Origin: Vulcanimicrobiota bacterium
GTDB taxonomy: Bacteria > Vulcanimicrobiota > Vulcanimicrobiia > Vulcanimicrobiales > Vulcanimicrobiaceae
NCBI GenBank assembly: GCA_963714015.1
Contig: OY970223.1
Location: 1,888,001 to 1,952,000 of the forward strand
DNA: 64,000 nt
Reading direction: 5' to 3'
In this document: piece by piece, positions 10,130 to 20,201 of the stretch
How the letters are laid out: the number at the start of each line of letters is the position of its first letter
How positions within the stretch are numbered: the first letter of the stretch is position 1
Position numbers and translations under genes: made by a program
The notes under the pieces: model-generated
What the model was told of the DNA's origin: nothing
Seen by the model: the letters and a program-made list of their open reading frames with translations, nothing else
Databases searched by the model: none

Positions 10130-11290
10130 TTATTTGACGACGTGCCAGTCGACGATGCTGTAGGTGGTTCCGCTTGCGACGACCTCGAGCGTGCCGTCGC
10201 CGAAAGCGTTGACGCTGATTGTTGCAATCTGCGTGTTACCCGCGGCGACCGTCCCGGTAATGAACGCCGGCGAGGTCGGCTGTTGGCCGGAGTTGGTTTG
10301 CACGTTGAGCGTGTCGCCGTTCGCGAGCGTTGCATCCGCGATCGTGAGGTTGGTCAGGATGCCGGAGGCGAACGTAGCGCTGACCGGAAGCGAATACGAT
10401 CCCTTCGTCGTGCCGCCGGTTAGCGAGAACATCGGCGCGCTAACCGGGCACGTCGTGTTTTGGGCGCCGGTCGCGATTGAAAGGCTGCCGATCGGACCGA
10501 CATACGAAGAACCGTTATGCGTGGCGCTCCATGTGACGCTTCCGTCGTCGTTGACGGTCCGCGTTCCGGTTGCGGCCGTACCGGCCCAGCCGAACGTCAC
10601 GCCCAGCTTTTGATTGCCCGTTGCATTGAATCCGGCCGAATCACCGCAAAAGGTTTGCGAATTTCCCGAAAGGGCGCCAAGGCTGAGTTCACTATCCGAA
10701 TCGATCGTGCGCACGCCGTTGAGTCCGAGGTTTCCGCTCGAGGTGCGATCGAAACCATTCGCAGCGGCCGGGTACCCATATTGATCGAAATCCGCATCGG
10801 TGATCGTGTTCGTTTCACTGCGCACCGCAAGCGGCGAGCTGCTTCCGGACGCGTACAGCGTTACCGTTCGATAAACGGTCTCAGAATTTGAGCCCGTCGA
10901 CGTGAACAGACGAACTGCGTCTTCGGCCGGCTGAGTGCAGGCCCTATCGTAGAAAACGATGCGCTCGGTGGAACTGGGGTCGCCTTTTTTGTCGGGTGAG
11001 AAGAACTCGATGCCGTTGCTGCACTGGCCGTTCGCGGAAAGGCGCTGCACCGATTGGCCTTGGCGTGCGTGTTGAGCCAGCGGCGAAGCGGCGGATTCAT
11101 TATAATCGCTGAAATCCTTGATCGGGCTGCCGAGACTGTTGGCCGCATCGATCGAGCGGACGTCGCTGCTTTGCGTACTCTGACCGCCGCCGGAGGGCGG
11201 AAGCGACCCGGCGCTGCCGCTTCCGCCGCCGCACGCAGTAAGCATTGCTGCGCTCATGAAAGTCGAGAGGAAAACCAGATTCCGGTTCAT
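10130..11290 (-). CDS. Ser/Thr/Gly-rich lipoprotein, unknown function
   Basis: Lipobox MLTAC, Gly/Ser linker, beta-rich composition. Confidence 0.75.
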   Translation of the reverse strand: MNRNLVFLSTFMSAAMLTACGGGSGSAGSLPPSGGGQSTQSSDVRSIDAANSLGSPIKDFSDYNESAASPLAQHARQGQSVQRLSANGQCSNGIEFFSPDKKGDPSSTERIVFYDRACTQPAEDAVRLFTSTGSNSETVYRTVTLYASGSSSPLAVRSETNTITDADFDQYGYPAAANGFDRTSSGNLGLNGVRTIDSDSELSLGALSGNSQTFCGDSAGFNATGNQKLGVTFGWAGTAATGTRTVNDDGSVTWSATHNGSSYVGPIGSLSIATGAQNTTCPVSAPMFSLTGGTTKGSYSLPVSATFASGILTNLTIADATLANGDTLNVQTNSGQQPTSPAFITGTVAAGNTQIATISVNAFGDGTLEVVASGTTYSIVDWHVVK

Positions 11291-11481
11291 TCAAAAAACT
11301 CCATTTGTGACGCGGGTGGGTCGCGTGAGGCTCTCGCTTGATTCTTTATAGCGCAGGGCGGGAGGCCGCTTCATGAGCCGGCTCTGAGAGAACGGTTAGG
11401 AACCGATGAGAACGGTTTACGCGGCGGCACAGGACTCGGGAGTGAGGGCGACGTACCCTGCTCCGGCCGACGGGGTACCTT

Positions 11482-11569
11482 GGGTAGGTGGCCGAGTGGT
11501 TAAAGGCAACAGACTGTAAATCTGTCCAGCTAACGCTGTACGCTGGTTCGAATCCAGCCCTGCCCACCA
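11482..11569 (+). tRNA. tRNA-Tyr(GUA)
   Basis: ACAGA-CT-GTA-AA-TCTGT, long variable arm, A73, CCA encoded. Confidence 0.96.
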
Positions 11570-11608
11570 TGATTCGATCGCGACCATTGCGCGACGTTTT
11601 TCCGTAGT

Positions 11609-12262
11609 TCAGTCAAGAAGGGCAACCGCAGCGGACAGGCCCTCAAGCGACGGCAGATATGCGGTCGCGGCGTTCGGATCTTCTCCCGTATGGTCGCGGT
11701 CGATCCAGACACGCGGAATCCGAAGTTCGCGCGCGGGCGCGATGTCGTGATAAAAGCTGCAGGCGACGTGAATCCATCGCGATCGCCCTTTCGTCAAGTG
11801 GTCAAAGCGGCGAAAATGATCGAGCGAGGGTTTATAGGCGCGAACGTCCTGCGCCGTTACGACGAGATCGAACGAAACGGGCAGCGTCGCTCGCGTGCGT
11901 TCAAAGAGATCGTTATCGCAATTCGTCAGCGGCGCAAGTTTAAAACCGGAGCCGCGCAGCTTGCGCAACTCAGGGGCAACGTCTGCAAAAACGGGCTGTT
12001 CATCCCATCGATCGGCGAGGACGTCGCGGTCCCGCGCGCGCAAGGGAAAGTCGATAAATTCGGCAGCGCGCGTCAAGCCTTCATGCAGAATATTGCGATA
12101 AGAGCGATACGAAGCGCGTTCGAGTTGCGCTTCAAAACGGTGATACGCCGCCGCCAGTTCTTTTGCGCGATCGCCGGCGACTCGGTGAAGAATCAGAGGA
12201 AATCCCGCCTGCCAGCTCACCAGCGTCCCGTAACAATCGAACGTTATCCAAGAATCGCTCAC
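11609..12262 (-). CDS. HAD-superfamily hydrolase (haloacid dehalogenase-like)
   Basis: ITFDCYGTL, LTNCD, YKP, HVACSFYHDI. Confidence 0.85.
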   Translation of the reverse strand: MSDSWITFDCYGTLVSWQAGFPLILHRVAGDRAKELAAAYHRFEAQLERASYRSYRNILHEGLTRAAEFIDFPLRARDRDVLADRWDEQPVFADVAPELRKLRGSGFKLAPLTNCDNDLFERTRATLPVSFDLVVTAQDVRAYKPSLDHFRRFDHLTKGRSRWIHVACSFYHDIAPARELRIPRVWIDRDHTGEDPNAATAYLPSLEGLSAAVALLD

Positions 12263-12386
12263 GCAAAAGTCTAGCGTGCGAACGGTTTGCGTACCTTCAA
12301 AACGGCACCGGCCGCCGCATGGAGGCGAAGACCCCGGCACTGTCCAAACTGACGCCCCGAGCCGAAGACATATGAGATAAGGATTT

Positions 12387-12460
12387 GCGGGCGTTGCATA
12401 GTGGTAGTGCTTCTGCCTTCCAAGCAGACAGCGCGGGTTCGATTCCCGCCGCCCGCTCCA
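12387..12460 (+). tRNA. tRNA-Gly(UCC)
   Basis: GCGGGCG acceptor, TCTGC-CT-TCC-AA-GCAGA, TCCA end. Confidence 0.95.
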
Positions 12461-12512
12461 TCCGCTTCAAGTGCGTCGCGGCATCGGAGCGTCGAGCGGA
12501 GCGATTTTCGAC

Positions 12513-12587
12513 GCCGTTGTAGCTCAGTGGTAGAGCATCTCCTTGGTAAGGAGAAGGCCACGGGTTCAATCCCCGTCAACGGCTCCA
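12513..12587 (+). tRNA. tRNA-Thr(GGU)
   Basis: GCCGTTG acceptor, TCTCC-TT-GGT-AA-GGAGA, short variable loop, U73, CCA. Confidence 0.96.
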
Positions 12588-12597
12588 GAATAGTACG

Positions 12598-12627
12598 AGA
12601 GACCGGCCACCCGCCGGTCTCTTTTTT
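12598..12627 (+). terminator. Intrinsic terminator after the tRNA pair
   Basis: AGAGACCGGC-caccc-GCCGGTCTCT followed by a T-run. Confidence 0.8.
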
Positions 12628-13128
12628 CTAAAGGCGGTAATGCGAGGGAAGCGGTGTGAGCGCCGTAAAGGCGGCCACCAGACGCTCGATGCCCGCCCGA
12701 TCGTCATCGCCGAACCGCGCGAGCTGCGGACTGTCGATGTCGAATACGCCGTAAATCGCCCCTTCGCAAAGCAGCGGAACCACCAGTTCCGACCGCGAGG
12801 CGGTGTCGCAGACGATGTGATCGGCGAATGCGTGCACGTCGTCGACGATCAGCGACGCACGCGTGGAAAAACTGCGGCCGCAGACGCCCCGGCCTTGTGG
12901 CAGGCGCGTGCAAGCCGGCTTGCCTCCAAACGGTCCGAGCACCAGCCCGCCCTCGATAGGAAAATAAAAACCGGCCCAATTCACCCCCGGCAGTTCATTA
13001 AAAACAAATGCCGCAAAATTCGCGGCGTTCGCAATGAAGTCGCGCTCGCCGGATAGCAGCCCGCGCACCTGCTTCTCGAGCAAGTGGTAGTCTACGGGTG
13101 CGCGGGGCGGTGCACCGGTTGAAGTCAT
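12628..13128 (-). CDS. msrC: GAF-domain free methionine-R-sulfoxide reductase
   Basis: NWAGFY, LGPFGGKPAC, GRGVCG, HIVCD..SRSELVVP, DIDSP. Confidence 0.85.
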   Translation of the reverse strand: MTSTGAPPRAPVDYHLLEKQVRGLLSGERDFIANAANFAAFVFNELPGVNWAGFYFPIEGGLVLGPFGGKPACTRLPQGRGVCGRSFSTRASLIVDDVHAFADHIVCDTASRSELVVPLLCEGAIYGVFDIDSPQLARFGDDDRAGIERLVAAFTALTPLPSHYRL

Positions 13129-13183
13129 TCGGCCGCCTTCGAATCCGCGGGGGAAGCGGCCTTCCGAAGGTGCCGGTCGAAAG

Positions 13184-13257
13184 CGCGCCCGGGCGGAATC
13201 GAACCGCCAACCTCGGCCTTAGGAGTGCCTTGCTCTATCCAATTGAGCTACGGGCGC
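13184..13257 (-). tRNA. tRNA-Arg(CCU)
   Basis: GCGCCCG acceptor, D loop with A20, CT-CCT-AA loop, GGCGG-TTCGATT-CCGCC; anticodon stem has two mismatches. Confidence 0.88.
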
Positions 13258-13358
13258 ACGCCGGCCGGCTTAGCTTAGGCGGACAGGGCCGCCGCCCTTT
13301 CCGCAACAGCTAGCCCCGGCAGGCGTTCCCTAGCCTGCTTGCCGACCTCGAACTTTGG

Positions 13359-13388
13359 TTGCAACTCCGCCTGCGAGCGTGCTATACT
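13359..13388 (+). promoter_or_regulatory. Sigma70-type promoter of the rpmG-secE-nusG operon
   Basis: TTGCAA-N18-TATACT with an extended TGn -10. Confidence 0.55.
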
Positions 13389-13444
13389 GGCATGTCGAAC
13401 GGACCGCTGGTCCGTTTTCTTTACGTTGTGTGGTATAGAGGATC

Positions 13445-13609
13445 GTGGCGAAGAAAGAGAATCGGGTGATGGTCGTGATGGCGTGCACTGAGTGCAAGCG
13501 CCGCAATTACAACACCCAGAAGAACAAGCAGAAAACCTCGCAGCGTCTCGAGCTGAGCAAGTACTGCCGCTTTTGCCGTTGCCATAAGCCGCACCGCGAG
13601 ACGAAGTAG
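13445..13609 (+). CDS. rpmG: 50S ribosomal protein L33 (Zn-binding type)
   Basis: Hand translation [62 protein letters not shown]. Confidence 0.95.
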   Translation: MAKKENRVMVVMACTECKRRNYNTQKNKQKTSQRLELSKYCRFCRCHKPHRETK

Positions 13610-13638
13610 CCTGTTGCCCTGCCAATGGGCACGTATTT

Positions 13639-13715
13639 AGGGCGGTAGACTCAATTGGTAGAGTCCTCGTCTCCAAAACGAGTTGTTGCAGGTTCGAGTC
13701 CTGTCCGCCCTGCCA
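13639..13715 (+). tRNA. tRNA-Trp(CCA)
   Basis: CTCGT-CT-CCA-AA-ACGAG, G73, CCA; usual position between rpmG and secE. Confidence 0.93.
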
Positions 13716-13737
13716 ATTTCCCAGGAGAAGCGTCGTG

Positions 13738-13983
13738 ATGAACAAGGCCACCGGCGGCACGCCGGATGCCAAAAAAAGAGCGTTAAGCCAAACAAACGCA
13801 CAAGAATTCGTGCGCGGCGTTTGGCTTGAATTGCGCCGCGTCACTTGGCCGACGCGCGAGGAGTGGATTTCCGCGACCGTTCTGACGATCACGCTCGTCG
13901 TAGCGATCGGGCTGTTCACGTTCGGCGCCGACCAATTCTTCGGCTGGATTTTCAGTCTCGTTCATCCGACAGTCGTGCAATGA
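13738..13983 (+). CDS. secE: Preprotein translocase subunit SecE
   Basis: ELRRVTWPTREE followed by one TM helix. Confidence 0.93.
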   Translation: MNKATGGTPDAKKRALSQTNAQEFVRGVWLELRRVTWPTREEWISATVLTITLVVAIGLFTFGADQFFGWIFSLVHPTVVQ

Positions 13984-14699
13984 CCGATTATCCGCTGGAC
14001 CACGACCGGGAACACTTCACCCTCACGCACGAGCCGCACGAATCGGAAGCGGAAGCACTCGACGAGGCCGCCGGCACGGTCGACGCTGTGCCCGCAGATT
14101 CCGTAGCCGAGGAGATCGAGCCCGATCAGAGCCCGGATGAATCCCGGCCGCGCGGGGCCAAAGACGACCGCAAGCACTGGTACGTGATTCACACGTACTC
14201 CGGCTACGAAAACAAAGTCAAGGCCAATCTCGAGCGCCGCATCCATTCCATGAACATGCAGGACAAAATCTTCCGCGTGCTCGTGCCGATGGAGGACGAG
14301 GTCGAGTTCAAGGACGGCAAGCGCAAAATAACGCCCAAGAAGGTTTTCCCGGGCTACGTCCTGGTTGAAATGGACATGGACGACCAGTCGTGGTACGTCG
14401 TGCGAAACACGTCAGGCGTCACGGGTTTTGTCGGGAGTCCCGGTGCCGGTGAGAAACCGGTGCCGCTTCAAGACAAAGAAGTGAAGACGATTCTCAAGCA
14501 AATGGGAATCGAGACGCCCAAACTGAAGATCGATTTCAAGAAGGGCGATCGCGTCAAAGTGACGTCCGGACCGTTCTTCGATTTCACGGGAATCGTCGAC
14601 GAGATCGCTCCGGAAAAAGAAAAGGTACGGGCTCTCATCTCGATCTTCGGTCGCGAAACGCCGGTCGAACTCGAGTTCTATCAGATCGAAAAAGTGTAG
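13980..14699 (+). CDS. nusG: Transcription termination/antitermination factor NusG, with acidic N-terminal extension
   Basis: WYVIHTYSGYENKVK, FPGYVLVEM, KOW domain, FGRETPVEL. Confidence 0.97.
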   Translation: MTDYPLDHDREHFTLTHEPHESEAEALDEAAGTVDAVPADSVAEEIEPDQSPDESRPRGAKDDRKHWYVIHTYSGYENKVKANLERRIHSMNMQDKIFRVLVPMEDEVEFKDGKRKITPKKVFPGYVLVEMDMDDQSWYVVRNTSGVTGFVGSPGAGEKPVPLQDKEVKTILKQMGIETPKLKIDFKKGDRVKVTSGPFFDFTGIVDEIAPEKEKVRALISIFGRETPVELEFYQIEKV

Positions 14700-14763
14700 A
14701 ACCGAAAAACTTTCTCGCATTCAGCGACCCCGAGTGTGCGAGATTTCAAGAGGGGCAGTTTGG

Positions 14764-14820
14764 CCCGCGCGCTTTGCGTGCGGGGGGCGTGAAGCGCGGA
14801 GCGCGCATACGCCTCTTAAA
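14764..14820 (+). repeat. Two-hairpin intergenic motif, copy A (before rplK)
   Basis: CCCGCGCGC-TTT-GCGTGCGGG, then GGCGT...ACGCC, then TCTTAAA; similar copies at 33262, 62637 and 63816. Confidence 0.7.
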
Positions 14821-14836
14821 ACGAAAAAGGTAGAAA

Positions 14837-15262
14837 ATGGCTAAAAAAATCGTAGGCAAGATCGGCCTGCAGATTCCGGCCGGGAAAGCAACGCCCGCGC
14901 CGCCGATCGGTCCCGCATTGGGCCCGTACAGCTTGAACATCATGGACTTCTGCAAGCAGTACAACGAACGTACTGCCTCGCAAGCCGGGATGATCATTCC
15001 GGTCGAGATCACGGTGTTCGAAGACCGCACCTTCACATTCATCACGAAGACGCCGCCGGCATCGTTTCTGATCAAACAAGCGCTCAAGATTGAGTCCGGA
15101 TCGAAAGAGCCGAACCGTAACAAAGTGGGCAAACTCACGCAAGCGCAAGTCGAAGAGATCGCCAAGGTGAAGATGCCCGACATCAACGCCAACGATATCG
15201 ACGCGGCCAAGAAGATCATCGCCGGAACTGCCCGCTCGATGGGCGTGGAGGTAGAAGCGTAA
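14837..15262 (+). CDS. rplK: 50S ribosomal protein L11
   Basis: [28 protein letters not shown]. Confidence 0.98.
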   Translation: MAKKIVGKIGLQIPAGKATPAPPIGPALGPYSLNIMDFCKQYNERTASQAGMIIPVEITVFEDRTFTFITKTPPASFLIKQALKIESGSKEPNRNKVGKLTQAQVEEIAKVKMPDINANDIDAAKKIIAGTARSMGVEVEA

Positions 15263-15962
15263 TGGCTCGTTTTCACGGCAAGCGGTTCCGCAATTTGACG
15301 GGTTCGTACGATCGCAAGCAGCTTTCGATGCAGCCGAAGCGGTCTCACTCGTGAAGAAAAATTCAAACGCCAAATTCGACGAGACGGTCGAAGCGCATAT
15401 CCGTCTGGGCGTCGATCCCAAAAAGAGCGATCAAAACGTGCGCGGCACGGTGCTGCTGCCGCACGGCACCGGACGCACTGTACGCGTCATCGCGTTCGCG
15501 AAAGGTGATGCCGCAAAGGCGGCCGAGGCCGCCGGTGCGGACGTAGTGGGCGAAACGGATCTCATCGAAAGAGTCAAGAGCGGATTCACCGACTTCGACG
15601 TCGCGGTTGCAACGCCCGATATGATGGCTGCCGTCGGTAAAGAACTGGGCCGCATCCTCGCGCAAAAGATGCCCAATCCCAAGGCCGGTACGGTTTCGCC
15701 CAACATCGCTGCAGCCATTCGCGACATCAAAGCGGGCAAGGTCGAATATCGCCTCGATAAAACCGGCATCATCCACACGATTGTCGGCAAGGCCAGCTTC
15801 GGCGACGATCAGCTGGCGGAGAACGTTGCGACTCTGCTCGATGCCATCGTCCGTGCCAAGCCGGCTGCCGCGAAGGGAACCTATCTGCGGAGCATCACGC
15901 TGACCAGCACGATGGGGCCAGGGGTCAAAGTCGATCCCAATCGCGTCAAAGCTCACGCGTAG
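15262..15962 (+). CDS. rplA: 50S ribosomal protein L1 (frameshift near 15323)
   Basis: MARFHGKR... joins [34 protein letters not shown]. Confidence 0.96.
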
Positions 15963-15975
15963 CAGCTCAGCGCCC

Positions 15976-16794
15976 ATGCCGTTTGTCGACTTTCACACCC
16001 ACACGACGGTTTCGGACGGCGTGTGGCAGCCGCACGAACTCTTCGCGTACGTCCGCGAAAGCGGGATCGAAGCATTCTCGCTGACGGATCACGACACGAT
16101 GGACGGCTATCCGCTTCCGGCGGACATTGCGCCTCGTGCAGTGCCGGGAATGGAAGTCGACACCAAGTGCAACGGCGTCACCGCTCATCTGCTCGTTTAC
16201 GGAATCGATTCGCTGGAGGCGCCGCTGCTGCAGTTTCTGCGGCGGCAGCGCGCCGCGCGACGGGAACGAATGGCCGACATGCTCGAGAAGCTCGATGCTA
16301 AGGGCATTCATTTAGACATGTCGGACGTCGAGGCTCAGGCCGGTAAAGCGGTGAGCTGAGGCCGGCCCCATTTGGCGCGCGCTTTGGTCGCGCGAGGCGT
16401 CGTTAAGGATACGCAGGAGGCGTTCGACAAGTATCTCGCGGACGATCAAGAGGCGTACGTGTCGCTCGATCGGCTCGACTCTTGGCGCGCGATCGAACTG
16501 GCTCACGAGTCCCGGGCCGTCGTCAGCGTCGCCCACCCATGCCGGCTGCGGGAACCGGCGTCACTCGAAGTGTTGCGCTTGGCCGGCGTTGACGGAGTCG
16601 AAGTACTGCATCCCTCCGCAGATACCTCAGCGCAAGCGGAACTGCGCGAATACGCCGCGCGGCACGATCTGCTCGTAACGGGCGGCAGCGATTTCCATGC
16701 ACCGGACAAAGGCTACACGCCCGGCGTACAGCTCGAAGCAAACCATGTCGAGCGGCTATTCGCTGCTGTAGCAGCGGCAAGAATACCCGCTTAA
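15976..16794 (+). CDS. PHP-domain phosphoesterase (frameshift near 16357)
   Basis: DFHTHTTVSDG, LTDHDT, GRPHLA across the shift, VAHP, TGGSDFH. Confidence 0.85.
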
Positions 16795-19005
16795 TACCTT
16801 ACGGCCGAGCGGTCGGCCCCGGGCTTGGCGTCGGCACGATAAACGGCGACGGGTTCGGGCGCAGGCGCCGGAAGAGGCTGCGGCGACGGTGAAGCGCTGG
16901 GCGAGGGCGATGCCTTTGGCAACGGCGATGGTGAGGGTGATGCCTTGGGCGTCGCTGCGGATCGAGGCGTTGGACTCGGCCTCGGTGATGCAGTGGCTTT
17001 GGGAGACGCGCTCGGCGTCGGCTTGACGCTCGGTTTCGGCGACGGCGTTGCTGCGGGCGCCGATTTTGTTTGAACGGCCTTCATCATTGCGGGCCGCGGC
17101 GAGGTCGACGGCGATGCCTTCGGCGAGGGCGATGGTAAGGGTGATGCCTTGGGCGTCGCTCGCGGCCGGGGCGACGGACTCGGCTTCGGCGATGCAGCCG
17201 CTTTGGGCAGCGCGGTAGGCGTCGGCTTGACGTTCGGTTTCGGCGACGGCACTGCTGCAGGCGCCGATTTTGTTTGAACGGCCTTCATCATTGCGGGCCG
17301 CGGCGAGGACGAGGGCGATGCCTTTGGCAAAGGCGATGGTGAGGGTGATGCCTTCGGCGTTGCTGATGGTCGGGGCGACGGGCTCGGCTTGACGCTCGGT
17401 TTCGGCGACGGCATTGCTGCCGGCGCCGATTTTGTTTGAACGGCCTGCCGCGTTACGTTGGGCACTGCGGCGTGCTTAACGAGCGCGGCATTCGTGGCGT
17501 CGGGCTTTGCAGCCGGTGAAGTCGAGGCTGCCGGTTTGGGAGTCGCGACGGTCGTCGGTTTCGGCATTGGTGCCGGAGTCGGAATCGGCTTGGCAGGCAG
17601 AGCCGCCTTAGCCGGCTGACCCGCTGCCGCCCGAGCTGCCCTATGCCGCGGAGGCTTCGTAGGCAGAACCATCGGCGGAATCGCTTCGTACCGCGCGCCG
17701 CAGGCGCCGGGGGCGATGGTGAGCAGATCCGCTGCATAGAGCAGCACGTTTTCCCGATCCACCGACACGGCCGTCTGAGCAGTGAGCACGTCGCTGCGAC
17801 GCGTGTGCACGTCCAGAAACTCGGCTTCGGGTTTCTCTCGAACGTATGCGTACGTCGACTGAGCATTCCGCAGATCTTGCTGCCGTGCAGTGACGTCGGC
17901 GCCGGCTTGGTTGAGCAGGGTTTCCGCGCTCTTGATATTGTCCAAGTCCGCATCGATCGACGCGGCCAGTTCGAGCTTGCGCTGCGTCTGGCGATAGCCC
18001 AATGCTTTTAGTTCCTCGAGATACTGCGCGCGCAGCGCGCGCTCTTCGTCGCGGCCGTGCGTGGGCAGCGCTACGCTGACCCCGACGTCGAGGCGATAGC
18101 CCGAAACTTGCGCGTTGATATCGGTTGTGGATCCGATTTCGGCGATCGTGCTGGCCGTGATGGACGAGCCTTTCACGCGGGCGAGTTCTTCGTTTACCTG
18201 AATGTCTTCCGCAGCGATTCCGGCCATTTGGGGATCGACCGCGTATGCCGATTGCAGCGCGCGGTCGCGATCGGGAGCGCAGCGATCGAAGAACGAGGGT
18301 ATGGCGGGCTGAAATTGTCCCATCTCGTAGCCGACCGCCGAACTGACGTTGGCGAGTTCGGACCGCTGGAGCGCCCGCAGACTAGCGACGTTGAACTGCA
18401 CTTTCTGCACGGACGAATTTATGTCCATGAGATCCGTGCCGGTGAAGAACCCGGTATGAAGCAGCGAACGGCCGGTCGTGATGTCGGACTGAGAGGCGCC
18501 GACGTACGCCTCGCCTACCCGGGCCTGATCGTCATAGCTCCAATACTCCGTGTAAGCCTTTCGAAGCGCCGCTATCTTCGCGCGCTGTAGCTGGTTGAGC
18601 TGAATGACGGCCAGCTGCTCCTGTTCGGCCGCGTCGATAATGGCCAGCTGCTGCTCGATCTTGGAGCCGAGAAGCGGCAGCGAAAGTCCGCCGCCCTGAT
18701 CGTACCGGAGCACGTGGTAGTCGAACGTCCGCGGAACGATGACGGCGGCCGGACCGAAGTCTGTCCGAATATTCGTAGGCAAGACCCGCCCTGTCTTCCG
18801 TTGCGCGGAGCGCCTGGGCCTTGGCTTCGATGGTGCTCTCATCGCCGCGCACGTCCGGCGCGTTCGCAATTTGCGCTTCCAGCGAATTGAGTGTGATGGT
18901 CGCCCGCTGCGCAAAAACGAGCTCCGGTGTCAGGAGCAACAGGCTCGAAAGCACGGCCAAAACTAGGGGCGCTCGAAGTAAACGTCGCCATAGCAGCATT
19001 GGCAC
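16791..19005 (-). CDS. TolC/outer-membrane-efflux-like protein with a long Pro/Ser/Lys/Ala C-terminal tail (frameshift near 18762)
   Basis: Signal peptide in ORF 18532..19005; two beta-strand plus coiled-coil modules (GLSLPLLG; VGVSVALP) in ORF 16791..18914. Confidence 0.65.
16860..17450 (-). repeat. Three imperfect coding repeats (AVQTKSAPAAxPSPKPxVKP...)
   Basis: GCCGATTTTGTTTGAACGGCC recurs near 17059, 17263 and 17425. Confidence 0.85.
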
Positions 19006-19129
19006 CGAACTTCTGCCGAGAGACGGTTGCCCCCTGGGGGAGGTTCGCGCGCGTACACCGAAGATATGAGGCGACGGCGCCGTATTTTACGGGCGGTCCT
19101 CCTTACATTCACTCGGTAGAGTCTGACAT

Positions 19130-20201
19130 ATGCGGCTACGTTCTTGGCGCGGCACCACGGTTGTAAGTCCCACACCGCGCCGCTCATTTCCATGGGTTCG
19201 GCTTCTGATTTTCGCGGCGGTGCTCGGCATCGCGGCTTATCTTATTATTCCGAACATCTACTACGTACGCGCGGACGCTCTCGTCCGGGGCGACTTGATA
19301 CCCGTGACGCCGGTCTACCGGGTCCGTGTCGACAAGCTGCTCGTTTCGTGCACGGATCGTGTCCACGCCGGCGAGCCGGTGGCGGTCATCAGCAACTTTT
19401 TGCTCCAGGCGGACTACACGCGGGAGTACCTGCAAGGGCTGCAGCAGTCGCAGATCGCCGGGATCGCGCTGGATCAGAACGTGGCGACGGCGCGTGAGAA
19501 CGCCGAGTCGCTCCATCAGCGCTACCTTCAGGCCGTTGCCGACGACCAGCGGCTGGAAGAGTCGTTCGGATCCTACGACAAGGCCTACAAAGCCGGCGCC
19601 ATTCCGCAGGTCGACTGGGCGGACAAGAAGGCCGAGATCGACGCATCCAAGGCCATGGTCCAAGCATCGCTTGACGCTTGGAAGCGGGCTCAACTGTTCG
19701 TCGCGCAAGTAACGGCTACGCAGACGACCAAGATCTCGTCCGACCAGGCACTCCTCCAGCAGGCGCAAACCGTTGCGAACCGCGTTGGGCAAGAGAAGTC
19801 TGTTCGCACCGGTAAGCGGTGACATCGTCGAGTGCATCGAGCGTCCGCAGAACGTCATTGAAGCGGGAACGCCGCTCTTCAGCATCTTCCAACCCGATCG
19901 CGCGTACATCGTTGCCTATTTTTCGCCGAACGCGGTCGCCAAGGTGCACATCGGACAGTCCGCCGACGTGAACATCGCCGGCCTCCCGAATAGCGTCAAG
20001 GGTCGCGTCGCCTGGATTTACCCCAACCTCGACGCGCTGCCGCCCGAGCTGACCCGGTTCTTCTGGCAGCACGTGCAGTTCTCGCAATACCGGCCGGTCA
20101 AGATCGCCCTCGACCGTCTGCCCGAATCGGACCGGAGCCAGCTCTACTACGACGCGCAGGCACGCGTGAGTATCAGCGTGTCCGGTCAGAAGCTGCAATG
20201 A
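19130..20201 (+). CDS. HlyD/membrane-fusion-protein family (frameshift near 19797)
   Basis: N-terminal TM, lipoyl half motif (DRVHAGEPV), long coiled coil, APVSG..., VHIGQSADV...GRVAWI. Confidence 0.8.

Noticed and set aside
13639..13715. Non-canonical tRNA-Trp (one extra base before the D stem)
   Set aside because: A single extra nucleotide is within this assembly's indel error rate.
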